Shown in pieces: positions 46,655 to 56,529 of a stretch of DNA of 64,000 nucleotides (its first letter is position 1; each line of letters begins with the position of its first letter). A program made the position numbers and the translations under genes. The notes under the pieces are model-generated. The model was not told the origin of the DNA and ran no database searches. It saw nothing but the letters and a program-made list of their open reading frames with translations. Source of the stretch: Armatimonadota bacterium (GTDB lineage Bacteria > Armatimonadota > UBA5829); assembly GCA_050948905.1 (NCBI GenBank), contig JBMNES010000001.1:896129-960128 (forward strand). Direction: 5' to 3'.

Positions 46655-46774
46655 AAAAAGCAGATTTCTCACTTCGTTCGAAATGACAAGGTTGGCGTTC
46701 GAAAGGACAAAGGTTGGTAACGTCGAAACAACTCCAGCGTCGTTCGAAATTGCAACGATGGTCATTCGAAATGA
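46655..46774 (+). repeat. Hairpin repeat with a degenerate 21-24-nt array between pilB and pilT
   Basis: AAAAGCAGATTTCTCACTTCGTTCGAAATGAC; CGAAA at 46679, 46700, 46724, 46745 and 46767. Confidence 0.85.
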
Positions 46775-46791
46775 TAGTGCTCATCATAAAA

Positions 46792-48519
46792 TTAGCCTGC
46801 ATAGATTACCCTCAGACACTCCTCGAGAGTAGTCTGGCCCAGCAGTATTTTGGCCACGGCGTCGTCTTTTAAAGTCTTCATCCCGGCATCTATCGCGGCT
46901 TCGCGCAGGACGTGCGCTGAGCACTTCTGCAGCACCAGGTCTCGCAGCTGATCGTTTACCACCATCAGCTCATAGACCCCCAGTCGGCCTTTATATCCGC
47001 TGCCGCGACACAAATCACAGCCGCGTCCACGATAGAAAGTCACCTTGGCGTCGCTTTCCAGCTCTATGCCAAGCCTGCGAACGGCGTCGCGCGGCGGAGT
47101 ATACTGCTCCTTACACTTCGGGCATACCACACGCACCAGTCTCTGCGCCAGCACACCGATGACGCTGGATGCGATAAGAAACGGCTCAATACCCATCTCC
47201 ACCAGCCTGGTCATAGCCCCAGGCGCGTCGTTGGTGTGCAGAGTCGAAAGGACGAGGTGGCCGGTCAGAGCCGCCTCAGTGGCGATAATCGCGGTCTCCG
47301 CATCACGAATCTCACCGACCATCGCGATGTCAGGGTCCTGTCGCAGCATCGTACGCAGTCCGGCAGGGAAAGTCAGGCCCGCGCGGTTGTTTATCTGAAC
47401 CTGAGTAAGGCCTTCGAGTTCATATTCCACCGGGTCCTCGATTGTCAGAATGTTTTTCTCGCCAGAGTTCAGCTTTGAAAGCACTGAATAGAGCGTAGTC
47501 GATTTCCCGCTACCGGTCGGCCCCGTCACCAGGATGATGCCGTAGGTGCGGGAGATCAGCCCCTCGAATTTCTCCATCGTCTCCGGCAGCATCCCCAGCT
47601 TGTGCAGACCCACGGATACCGAGCCCTTGTCGAGAATCCTTAAAACGATTTTTTCTCCAAAGACCGATGGCAGAGTGGAGACGCGGAAGTCATACTGCCT
47701 GCCGTCTATAACCGCCCCGATTCTGCCGTCCTGAGGCGAGCGCTTGGTGGCGATGTCCATTTCCGACATGATCTTGAACCGCGAAATTAGCGAAGCCTGC
47801 ACCTTTTTTGGCACTCTCATTACCTCAGTGAGGATGCCGTCGACTCTCAGCCTAACCCTCACGAAGTCCTTGGCAGGCTCTATATGAATATCGCTGCCAC
47901 CGTCGCTGATGCCTCGGGAAATGATCAGATTCGCCAGTTTGATGACCGGCGCTTCCTCGCTAAGCTCTCGAAGCTGCTCGATGGAGATATCTTCATCGTC
48001 CTCTTCCGAGCTCGGACCGAAGTCGATGTCGCCGGTGTCGAACTCTTTGATGACGCTGTCGACCTGCTCGGAGACGTTGATCTGGGCTCTGTAAAGCCGG
48101 GCTATGGCCGTGATGATATCTTCTTCGGATGCTATGCACGGTTCCACATCCGTACCGGTCATCAGCCGCACTTCATCAATCGCGAAGATGTCCAGTGGGT
48201 TTTTCATTGCAAGAGAGAGTTTGCCGTTTCTTCTAGCCACCGGCAGAATCTTCAACTTGCGGGCCACGCTCTCCGGAATCAGCTTTATAGCCGCAGGGTC
48301 GATTTCCAGTTCCTGCACATCGACAAACGGTACCCCCCATTGCTCACCAAGCCCTCGGATGCGATCCTTTTCGGAGATGAAACCCATACTCACGAGCACA
48401 TCCCCCAACGCTTCCTGGCGCTTCAGAAGTTTTTGCTTCTCCAGCGCCTGGTTGAGTTGGTCTCTCGTGACCATCCCCATCCTTATAAATACTTCTCCGA
48501 TTGGCTCAGTTCTTTGCAT
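46792..48519 (-). CDS. pilB: Type IV pilus assembly ATPase PilB with N-terminal MshEN-like domain
   Basis: SDIHIEP, GPTGSGKST, LRQDPD, CPKC...GCDLC motifs; two N-terminal G..L...G motifs; ATG 48519 preferred as start. Confidence 0.93.
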   Translation of the reverse strand: MQRTEPIGEVFIRMGMVTRDQLNQALEKQKLLKRQEALGDVLVSMGFISEKDRIRGLGEQWGVPFVDVQELEIDPAAIKLIPESVARKLKILPVARRNGKLSLAMKNPLDIFAIDEVRLMTGTDVEPCIASEEDIITAIARLYRAQINVSEQVDSVIKEFDTGDIDFGPSSEEDDEDISIEQLRELSEEAPVIKLANLIISRGISDGGSDIHIEPAKDFVRVRLRVDGILTEVMRVPKKVQASLISRFKIMSEMDIATKRSPQDGRIGAVIDGRQYDFRVSTLPSVFGEKIVLRILDKGSVSVGLHKLGMLPETMEKFEGLISRTYGIILVTGPTGSGKSTTLYSVLSKLNSGEKNILTIEDPVEYELEGLTQVQINNRAGLTFPAGLRTMLRQDPDIAMVGEIRDAETAIIATEAALTGHLVLSTLHTNDAPGAMTRLVEMGIEPFLIASSVIGVLAQRLVRVVCPKCKEQYTPPRDAVRRLGIELESDAKVTFYRGRGCDLCRGSGYKGRLGVYELMVVNDQLRDLVLQKCSAHVLREAAIDAGMKTLKDDAVAKILLGQTTLEECLRVIYAG

Positions 48520-48522
48520 AAT

Positions 48523-48630
48523 TGGTTGCCGGTTGTCGGTTATCGGTTTTTTTCTGCTGCCCCGCCGCATTGGCTGACGGGGCAGCACCAGGCGTTAGCG
48601 ATAGATAATCGCTCGCCCTGGGGACTACGT
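48523..48630 (-). repeat. Heptamer tract and GTAG-tagged hairpins between pilQ and pilB
   Basis: Minus strand AAAACCG-ATAACCG-ACAACCG-GCAACCA just before the pilB ATG; GTAGTCCCCAGGGCGAGCG...CGCTAACGCCTGG hairpin. Confidence 0.6.
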
Positions 48631-48651
48631 TAGATCGCAGGCAAGTTACTG

Positions 48652-51351
48652 TCAGTCTTGCACAATCGACGCTGTGATAAAGACCACAACCTCAGAGCGC
48701 TCCTTGGTCTTGTTTCTATGCCTGAAGAGATGACCGAACAGCGGTATATCCCCTAAAACAGGGATTTTACTCAGAGAATCGAGTTCGCTGTCGAGAATTA
48801 GTCCGCCAATTACTATCGTCTCCCCGTTTTTCACACGCAGAACGTGGTCGGTGAAGCGACGGGTTATAACAGGCAGCGTAATTCCCGCCTCCGAGCGCAT
48901 ACTGGTGTCGAGCTTCAGGGTGCTGACCTCCGGGTGCAAATTGAGGGTTATGTCGCCATCATCGGTGACGGCTCCCACCACAGATAACTGCACCCCGACA
49001 TTGGCGGTGTCTGTGGTAACTGTCGGCGCGCCGTTGGTAGCGACGCTGATCTGCGTGATGTATCTGATCTCGTCACCGACAAAGAACTGCCCCGGTTTGC
49101 CCTCAAGACAAATCAGGCTGGGCGACGCAAGCAAAGTCCCATCCCCACTGGCAATCAGTGCATCAAGCTTCGCTCCAAAATCAACTGGTTCCCGATGCCA
49201 GCGATTGCGTGAGACCTCTACCTTGCTAAACTCACCCCAATTCCAGCTCACTCCAAGGTTCTTCTCACCCGTCTCGGAGAGAGCGGTAAATTTGGCCTCT
49301 ATCTTGATCTGAGGGGATTTTACGTCAAGCATCTCGATTATCGACAGGGCCTTCTTAACGTCGTACTTGCGGCCCTGAAGGACCAGCAGCCTGGAAAGAC
49401 TATCCACGGCCTGGGCGTTCATCGCGCCCTGCTGCTTGACGTTGGTCTGATCCTTACCAGCTTCACGAAGGTCGTCGTCCGATTTGCCTCCGGCTCCACC
49501 GCCGGCAGGGCTTGAGCCGCCGCTGCCGGAATCCTCCGACGGATCAAGACCGGCGCTCTCCAGCACGACCCCAGGGGTTAGTTTTCTCAACGCGGCGACA
49601 ACGTTCTTTAGACCTACATATTTGAGCTTATATGTCGCCAGCTCAAAGTCTCCCGGCACATCGAACTGGGCCGCTGTGTCGAGCGCTTTTTGCACATCGT
49701 CCGCTTTGCCCACGATAATTAAGGTGTGGCTGAAGTTACCGGACTGCGTATCGAACTGCCTCACGGTATTCTCACCGCTGATCGCGCTTGCCGGGATCAG
49801 TTTATGCTTGGAGTTATCCGAACTCGGCATTCCAGCGAGCGCATCCGACGGCGCAAGAAGTACGTTTACGCCCATCACAACCGACATCAGAGTGTTGGCC
49901 AGCTCAACGGTGTTTACGTGCTTCACCGGATACAGGCTGATCTTCTTATCCTCCGACTGGTTTTTCATAGTCTCTTCGACCTGAGCTATGAACTCCTTGG
50001 CAGCATCTATGCGATCCTGTGTGCCGGAGAGGATGATCAGGTTGCTGGAAGGCGAATCGGTGGCAGATGTGCTGCTCAATATCTCCTCGGTGCTGACCGC
50101 ACCCCCTGTGTTGACGTTGGCGGTGGCGCCTGTCGCAGGCTGAATGTTAGCCTGTTCACCGAAATCCGCCTGTCCATCGGCGGCTTCGATGTTACCGCTT
50201 GACGGTGCCCCTTTGCTTTCGGATTCGCCCTTTATATTGGCATCAGATTTTACCGCAGATTTCGTGGCTATTTCGTGCTTGCGCGCTTTGCCACCCAGGA
50301 CGCTGATCTTGCTTGATCGAACATGCGGACAGCGCACTTTGAGCATGCCCAGCACATCGTCGGCGTTGGCGTAGGTTAAGGTCACTATCTCGACCTGAGA
50401 ATCTGCAAATCCACCTATCGAATTGAGGGAGCCTACGAGATATGTTTGCTGTGTCTTTACATAGGTAAAACCGCTGAGCTGGGTTATGTAGTCTAACGCC
50501 TGCTCGACGGTGACGTCCTTTAATGTGACAGTAATCTTGCCTGCCACATCGCTGCCGACGACGATATTCTCCTTGCTTTGTACGGAAATCGCCTTCAACA
50601 CGTCCTCAATGTCAGCGCCCAAAAAGTTCAGCGAGACGGTTCTGCCCGCGCCCATTGACGCAGGCACCGAGGCCGGTTTAGCGACAGGAGCCGCCGGCTG
50701 ATGATTGACAAACGCAACCTGTTGAGCAACAGGCGCTGCTGCATTAACCGCGACCGCCGGTCGCATTGCGGCTTCAATTGCCTGGATGCTCTCCACCGCC
50801 ACCGGAATAGCCATTGGCGGCTCTTTAGCCAGGACAGCTTTAGAGGGCACAGAACTGACCTCGACCGCAGGCGCGGCCGGTATATTCGGGGCGGCCGTCT
50901 CCGCCTTTGGCGTGGCGCCGAACTTCCAAACGGATATCTCTACGCGCGTCCTGTCGTCGTTCCACGATGTGGAGTAGTCCAGATTGCTGGCCGTATTGAA
51001 TACGATACGTGCCGCCGGCGGTTTTTCCTGGAATCTCGAATAGCGGACGTTATGGATTTTTCCGCTCTGAATCGAGACCATTCGGCCTTCGACGTTGAGC
51101 TGTCCGGCGAATTGAAATGCTATGAATCGGCCCGAACTCGATGAGATTACTCCCATCTTGAGCGGTGCGTCGCCCTGCACCGATACGATTGCACGATCGG
51201 GCTTGTTGGCAACGTTGACCCCGGTGATATTGACTGCGGCTGCCTGGCTGACGATCAGCAGAGCCAACATCGTGATGATGATCCCCTGCAGGGAGATCAA
51301 GGCGCCGATTCGCCGGGTTTTAGACTTTGCGGCGAACGCGTTAGCTTGCAT
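48652..51351 (-). CDS. pilQ: Secretin (PilQ/GspD family) with N-terminal AMIN-like domain
   Basis: VSLNFLGADIEDVL, QIKIEA, GETIVIGGL and KIPVLGDIPLFGHLF motifs. Confidence 0.9.
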   Translation of the reverse strand: MQANAFAAKSKTRRIGALISLQGIIITMLALLIVSQAAAVNITGVNVANKPDRAIVSVQGDAPLKMGVISSSSGRFIAFQFAGQLNVEGRMVSIQSGKIHNVRYSRFQEKPPAARIVFNTASNLDYSTSWNDDRTRVEISVWKFGATPKAETAAPNIPAAPAVEVSSVPSKAVLAKEPPMAIPVAVESIQAIEAAMRPAVAVNAAAPVAQQVAFVNHQPAAPVAKPASVPASMGAGRTVSLNFLGADIEDVLKAISVQSKENIVVGSDVAGKITVTLKDVTVEQALDYITQLSGFTYVKTQQTYLVGSLNSIGGFADSQVEIVTLTYANADDVLGMLKVRCPHVRSSKISVLGGKARKHEIATKSAVKSDANIKGESESKGAPSSGNIEAADGQADFGEQANIQPATGATANVNTGGAVSTEEILSSTSATDSPSSNLIILSGTQDRIDAAKEFIAQVEETMKNQSEDKKISLYPVKHVNTVELANTLMSVVMGVNVLLAPSDALAGMPSSDNSKHKLIPASAISGENTVRQFDTQSGNFSHTLIIVGKADDVQKALDTAAQFDVPGDFELATYKLKYVGLKNVVAALRKLTPGVVLESAGLDPSEDSGSGGSSPAGGGAGGKSDDDLREAGKDQTNVKQQGAMNAQAVDSLSRLLVLQGRKYDVKKALSIIEMLDVKSPQIKIEAKFTALSETGEKNLGVSWNWGEFSKVEVSRNRWHREPVDFGAKLDALIASGDGTLLASPSLICLEGKPGQFFVGDEIRYITQISVATNGAPTVTTDTANVGVQLSVVGAVTDDGDITLNLHPEVSTLKLDTSMRSEAGITLPVITRRFTDHVLRVKNGETIVIGGLILDSELDSLSKIPVLGDIPLFGHLFRHRNKTKERSEVVVFITASIVQD

Positions 51352-51970
51352 TTGGAACTCCTCCTAATTTAACGTGGATCCGACGATTCTCACAGGCCAA
51401 AACGACGCCATCCGTCGAGACGGAAAGCACTTTGTAGCGCCCGCCGATGAACTGGCCCTGCTTTACAATATGCCTTTGCGAACCAACTTTAATAATCGCG
51501 ACATTCTCAGTTCCGCAGATCACTCCCGTCAGTGTAATCTGCGGTTCCGGCTCAATTGCGGGTACCGCAGCAACCTCGGATACGGGTGCGCTTTGGAAAC
51601 TGCCCATAGGTATCAGCGGAGGTACCTTGCCTGTGCTCACCTGCACGACCTTCGCAGTCGGGCTGCTGACAGGCAGCTCGGGCACCTTATCCGTGACTTT
51701 AGGCTCAACTGTGCTTGCCAATTTCTGCACGGCAAACGGGTCTCTGCGCGGAATCGGAGAGTTCAAATCCGGATACGTAGCCGTGGTCGGCAGCGGCTGC
51801 GAGCGCAGTTGCATCGCTGCCGCATTGGTGTTTGGTTTGGTCACTTTGGGCACAGGTGGCGTCATCTCAGTGGCCGGGGGTTTGGTCACGGTAAATGACA
51901 CGTATCCTATGCACACAAGGACCAGCAAGCCAAGCACGATTAATTGTGGGGTTTGTTTTTTATCCTTCAT
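51341..51970 (-). CDS. PilP-like pilus assembly protein
   Basis: TM anchor, RRDPF, LTGVI...AII...VKQGQ motifs; lies between pilO and pilQ. Confidence 0.65.
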   Translation of the reverse strand: MKDKKQTPQLIVLGLLVLVCIGYVSFTVTKPPATEMTPPVPKVTKPNTNAAAMQLRSQPLPTTATYPDLNSPIPRRDPFAVQKLASTVEPKVTDKVPELPVSSPTAKVVQVSTGKVPPLIPMGSFQSAPVSEVAAVPAIEPEPQITLTGVICGTENVAIIKVGSQRHIVKQGQFIGGRYKVLSVSTDGVVLACENRRIHVKLGGVPNAS

Positions 51971-52670
51971 TTTTTCTCTCCATCGGAACCCCCGCGCAGT
52001 CGTCAGCCGGCTTTTGCTTGCTGTTTGAAGTCTCTTTAAACACAAAAGCTGTCGCGTTGATTTTTATGCTGAGTTTCGTGCTGCCAGCGTCACCCGACCC
52101 GGATTGCGGGGTCATTTCGAGGGAATTGACCGCCAGGATCTTCGGAAAACTGGTGAGCTTATAAAGAAAATCCAGGGCGTTCATATAATGGCCCTCAAGC
52201 TCCAGGTCAACTCCGAGCTCATCGTAAGGCTTCGGCGGCTCAGGTCTCTCAGCTGCTGCCGCTCCCCCAGAGCTATCTGCAGCAGCCGCGGCGGCCTGCT
52301 TTTTGGCGAGCGCGACATTAGGGTCCGGAGGCAGCGGCCGCACGCCCAAAACTTTCAAATCAACAGACCTGCCCAGGTTCTCGATCTGTTTAAGCAGCGT
52401 CGGCACATAGGCCTGGGTAGAAACCGATGACTCCAGGCAACGTATCTGGGCTCGCGTGTCCAGATATTTATTTTCGGTGCTGATCTGGGTCTGCGCGATC
52501 ATCTGGCTGTCTCTGAGCTGCGTCTCGACCTGGCGTTTCTCGGTATCCACCGATCGCACCTTGCCAATAGCGGCCAGGCAGGACAACACGCATAATACAA
52601 AGACCAGCCCAGCCATAATGCCCAGTACAGCTACACCCTTCTGGCTCGGTTTAAGACTGATTTGCGCCAC
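51960..52670 (-). CDS. pilO: Type IV pilus assembly protein PilO
   Basis: TM plus coiled coil; VPTLLKQI and EGHY...DFL..L..FP motifs; synteny. Confidence 0.75.
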   Translation of the reverse strand: MAQISLKPSQKGVAVLGIMAGLVFVLCVLSCLAAIGKVRSVDTEKRQVETQLRDSQMIAQTQISTENKYLDTRAQIRCLESSVSTQAYVPTLLKQIENLGRSVDLKVLGVRPLPPDPNVALAKKQAAAAAADSSGGAAAAERPEPPKPYDELGVDLELEGHYMNALDFLYKLTSFPKILAVNSLEMTPQSGSGDAGSTKLSIKINATAFVFKETSNSKQKPADDCAGVPMERKNEG

Positions 52671-53256
52671 TTGCCGTCCCCCCTTTCGCATCCTCCTGCT
52701 GTTTGTCTCGCAGGGTCGCGCCGATCTCGAACTCTACCACTTGAGCCGAACCCTGTGTGCCTTTTTGCGTGTAGTGCAGATCGACGCTCTTAAAATCAGG
52801 GTTGGAGTGCAACCGCAGCATGGTCTCACCGACTCGAGCCTGCTCGTCGGTCATTCCGGCGATGTTAAGGGTAAGGTCTTTGCTGCCGGCGGCGGTTGAA
52901 GATGACAGACGCGTCAGCCAGGTGGAGGCGGGCACGCTCTGCGTAAGCCTATCGAGCGTGTTATACCAGCACATGGTTCGCGTCATTGCCTGGTTCAACA
53001 GATCGACTTTGGGCTTCAGTTTTGCGGTCTTGTTATCAAGTTCCTGAATAGTCTTGATCTTCGGCGCCAGCGTCTGCAGTTGAGCATTAAGCTCAGCGAT
53101 GTTGGCGCGTGTGGTAAGGGTCTTTGTAAAAACCCACCCGCACAGAGCCACCACAAAGACGAACTCCGCCAAAATCAACATTACTAACTGCCGCATCGCA
53201 CGCTCCAGCCGTCGTTTCTCCGCGCGCCGAGGTGCGATCATATTAATCGAAGGCAT
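52651..53256 (-). CDS. pilN: Type IV pilus assembly protein PilN
   Basis: SINMI (INLLP-like), TM, coiled coil, VP..TWLT motif. Confidence 0.8.
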   Translation of the reverse strand: MPSINMIAPRRAEKRRLERAMRQLVMLILAEFVFVVALCGWVFTKTLTTRANIAELNAQLQTLAPKIKTIQELDNKTAKLKPKVDLLNQAMTRTMCWYNTLDRLTQSVPASTWLTRLSSSTAAGSKDLTLNIAGMTDEQARVGETMLRLHSNPDFKSVDLHYTQKGTQGSAQVVEFEIGATLRDKQQEDAKGGTASGANQS

Positions 53257-53284
53257 CAGCGATACTCCTTTCGTCTCGGCGCCA

Positions 53285-54409
53285 CTACGCAACCGCCTTT
53301 GACGTGGTCTCCGGGATTAGCTCCTTAAGCGCCAGCCCCGTGCTTACGGCGAGCACTGGACCGTGTTCGTCGATAAATTGTTGGGCCACCGATCCAGTCT
53401 TGATGGCGGTCTGATCGAATACACTGGCCACCTGAGCAGGAATATCCAGCCTGCCGGATATATACGAACTCAGGCCGGGCATTCGGGCTGTGCCTCCGGT
53501 CAGCACGATCTTGCTGACCTGTGCGTCGACGCTGCCTTCTGGGAACTGGGATTGGTAGAAGTGAATAGATCGCCGAATCTCCCGGATAAGCTCGTCGAGC
53601 AGCGGCTGAACCACTCGCCAGCATTTGTTTTCCGTGTCGGCGGCGTTGAGTCTGTCGATGGGAAGCTGGGCGGTCATATCCCGTTTTGCCTGCTCGGCAT
53701 CTTCGAAACTACCCCCCAGAAGAGATCGAATTGAATTGGTAAAGCTGTCCCCAGCGATGGGGATGTTTCTGGTCAGGGCAAACTCGCCCTTGCTTACGAT
53801 GTCAACATCTGTGTGGCTCGCCCCAACGTCGATCAAGGCTATAGTGCTGTTGAGGTATTCGTCCGTGGCGTTGAACTCAACAAGCGCCCGGATCACCGCG
53901 AAAGACTCGATGTCGATAACCAACGGCTCCAGACCCGCCGATTCGAGCACAGCCACCCGGCTGTCGATCATATCCTTCGGCGCCGCCACAAGCATGACGT
54001 TCATCTGAGCAGGATCCTCGGCTTCTCCGAGAATCTGGAACTCGACGATGCTGTCTTCCATTGAGGACGAGATGAACTTGCCGGCTTCGTATTTTATCGA
54101 CTTGCGCAGCAAGGCTTCTGCCATCTTGGGGAACTGAACCTGCCGGACTATTACCTGCGAGCCGGATATGGCGCATACGGCTCCGGTGGGTTTCATCCCG
54201 GCGTCGCGAAGCATGTTGCGAATCTCCTGGCTGACATCGACGATGTTGATTATGCAGCCATCTTTGATTGCTTCTTTGGGAGTCGGTGCCACCGCGGCAT
54301 TCACGAGCGTCCAGCCGTGGGGAGTCGGCTCAATTTCGACAGCTTTGATCCAACTGCTGCCGATGTCTATGCCGACCGTGACCTCTTTGCTGAAAAATGA
54401 GCTGAGCAC
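53285..54409 (-). CDS. pilM: Type IV pilus assembly protein PilM
   Basis: VGIDIGS, IDVGAS, EIRRSI.FY and LTGGTA actin-like motifs; GTG start after AGGAGG. Confidence 0.92.
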   Translation of the reverse strand: MLSSFFSKEVTVGIDIGSSWIKAVEIEPTPHGWTLVNAAVAPTPKEAIKDGCIINIVDVSQEIRNMLRDAGMKPTGAVCAISGSQVIVRQVQFPKMAEALLRKSIKYEAGKFISSSMEDSIVEFQILGEAEDPAQMNVMLVAAPKDMIDSRVAVLESAGLEPLVIDIESFAVIRALVEFNATDEYLNSTIALIDVGASHTDVDIVSKGEFALTRNIPIAGDSFTNSIRSLLGGSFEDAEQAKRDMTAQLPIDRLNAADTENKCWRVVQPLLDELIREIRRSIHFYQSQFPEGSVDAQVSKIVLTGGTARMPGLSSYISGRLDIPAQVASVFDQTAIKTGSVAQQFIDEHGPVLAVSTGLALKELIPETTSKAVA

Positions 54410-54628
54410 GTGCCTGTAACCTCCTCGCATTGGCCAGCGAATGAAGACGATTAAACTCGTCTACATAAGAGATTATCGTCATTTGGCGGCTCAACTGTAG
54501 TTCTGTTTCGTGGTTTCGCAAGATAACAGTAATGATTGCTGGGAATATGGAATAACAGCGCAAGCAGGCAGGCGGGACATCATGAAGGTTGGCGGCGCGG
54601 TTTGGGAGAATACAGATGTAACCATCTA

Positions 54629-55330
54629 ATGACTGGGGATAGTAATTTGACCTACGACGCAGTGATTTTCGACCTCTTCGGCACACTTATCGACAGCGCG
54701 AACCCGCAGCACCTTATAAGGCTGTTCCGAGACCCGGTAGCCGATCTGAATTGCGACGCCGACGCGTTTATGTCCGCATGGCTGGGGATTTATCAGGATC
54801 GGGCGACGGGGAAGTTCGGCAGTGTGGCAAATGAGGTTATTTATATATGTAAACAACTGGGAATCGAGATTTCCGAACAGCAGTTGCAACGGGTGGTCGA
54901 GGACAGGCTGCAGGGCTTCCGGGAGCACTGCACGCCGAGGGCCACAGTGCCGGCTACCCTGACCAGACTGCGGCAGGACGGGGTTAAGGTTGGCCTTGTC
55001 TCCGATTGTGGTCAGGAGATACCCGACATCTGGCAGGATACAGAGCTGGCTCCGCTCATAGACGCAACGGTCTTTTCTTGCAATGTAGGCGCGACCAAGC
55101 CGCACCCCAGCCTGTATAAATTAGCCTGTGAGCAGCTTAGTGTGCAGCCTGCGAGATGCCTGTATGTGGGAGACGGCGGCAGCCGGGAATTGACTGGAGC
55201 GGCGGCGGTGGGTATGCACCCGGTGCTGATTCGGGTAGATTATGAGGCATTCTTCGACGAACACCGAGCCGATGCGGTCGGGTGGACTGGCAGGGTGATC
55301 TCGGATATAAGTCAGGTTTTGGAACTATAG
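54629..55330 (+). CDS. HAD-superfamily hydrolase
   Basis: IFDLFGTL, VSD, KPHP and YVGDG motifs; start may be TTG 54647. Confidence 0.88.
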   Translation: MTGDSNLTYDAVIFDLFGTLIDSANPQHLIRLFRDPVADLNCDADAFMSAWLGIYQDRATGKFGSVANEVIYICKQLGIEISEQQLQRVVEDRLQGFREHCTPRATVPATLTRLRQDGVKVGLVSDCGQEIPDIWQDTELAPLIDATVFSCNVGATKPHPSLYKLACEQLSVQPARCLYVGDGGSRELTGAAAVGMHPVLIRVDYEAFFDEHRADAVGWTGRVISDISQVLEL

Positions 55331-55374
55331 CCGACTGTGCGTGTGTCTTAATATTATTCCGTGACACCACCCTC

Positions 55375-55660
55375 GTCATTCCGCGCGAAGTCGCGGAATC
55401 CACGGCTAAGAACAGACGATACGTGATCCTGCGACTGCGCGCAGGATGACAGTGTTTCATAATCGAAAACCGACAACAGGCGACCGTCAACCGAAAAAGC
55501 AGATTTCTCGCTTCGCTCGAAATGACAAGGAGTGGGCGCTCGAAATGACAAGGGGTGGGCGCCCTATATGACAAGGGGTGGGCACTCGAAATGAAAAGAT
55601 TGGGGTTCGAAGGGCCAAGCGTGAGGTTCGATATGACATAGGGATGCGCTCGAAATGACG
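55375..55660 (+). repeat. GTCAT doublet, heptamers, hairpin repeat and 21-23-nt array
   Basis: Inverted doublet at 55375-55450; hairpin at 55495-55526; ATGAC-type units at 55522, 55545, 55568, 55591, 55633 and 55655. Confidence 0.88.
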
Positions 55661-55697
55661 GTGGTGAGGACTCGGATTGGTGGGGAAAGCGGCTTTT

Positions 55698-56333
55698 TTA
55701 ACCATCAACCAGCTTCAAAAACTGATCCCAGTTATCCACCACCCCGTTGGAGCCATTTGTCATCAGCTCTTCCCGGCTTCGTGCGCCCCAGCTTACTCCC
55801 ACCATCGCCATACCGGCTCGTTGGGCCATTTGCACATCGAATATGCTGTCGCCGACGTAAAGGGATTGATCTGCGGTCACTTGCAGTAGCGTCATTGCCT
55901 TGCATACAGGCGCGGGGTCGGGTTTGTGCTGCGTCACATCGTCGGCCGTCACAACACAATCGAACAGGTGACCCATATTGCTCATTTCGATGGCTCTGTT
56001 CGTTCCCTTTGCGTTTTTCGATGTGACGATGCCTGTAGCGCATCCGCGGCTGCGCAGGGTAGTCAACATTTCTTTTGTGCCGGGAAAAGGCTTGCTTGTG
56101 TGGCCGCCCTGTTCTATGTAGGCGGTGCGATACCGGTTCATAAAATCCTGTTCCTGGCCGGGCGCGAACCATTTCGCCTGCACCGCCAATGGGACACCGA
56201 TAGCGTTGCGCATAGTAGCATCGTCGAGGTTAATTCCCAAAGACTCCAGTGTACTGCGGGTGACCGTGACGATTGTCGCGACGCTGTCGAGCAGAGTGCC
56301 GTCGAGATCGAAGATGATTGCCTTGTATTTCAT
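55698..56333 (-). CDS. HAD-superfamily phosphatase (PpaX/Gph-like)
   Basis: IFDLDGTLLDS, VTSK, KPDP and YVGDS..D motifs. Confidence 0.9.
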   Translation of the reverse strand: MKYKAIIFDLDGTLLDSVATIVTVTRSTLESLGINLDDATMRNAIGVPLAVQAKWFAPGQEQDFMNRYRTAYIEQGGHTSKPFPGTKEMLTTLRSRGCATGIVTSKNAKGTNRAIEMSNMGHLFDCVVTADDVTQHKPDPAPVCKAMTLLQVTADQSLYVGDSIFDVQMAQRAGMAMVGVSWGARSREELMTNGSNGVVDNWDQFLKLVDG

Positions 56334-56529
56334 AACCTTAATATAATACTTCCGCACGCAAGCCAGAGTTCCCTTTGAGCCGCATAGCACCAATCAGCTC
56401 ATCTGTCCGACAAAATAGCCGCAGCAATATCCTTAATGTTCACGTTTGACACCATTACAGCGGGGGAACATGATATCGCCACGCCCGGCCGATATCTTTT
56501 GTCGCTCAATTGTAAAGAGGTGGTCGTCG

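Noticed and set aside
48520-48588. N-terminal extensions called by the ORF track for PilB and the UroD-like protein (60059-60235)
   Set aside because: The extensions are translations of heptamer and palindromic repeats; downstream ATGs fit the family N-termini.
54410-54560. c-di-GMP riboswitch upstream of pilM
   Set aside because: Only a loose GCGAAACCACGAAA resemblance; there is no GNRA tetraloop/receptor or P1-P2 pairing.
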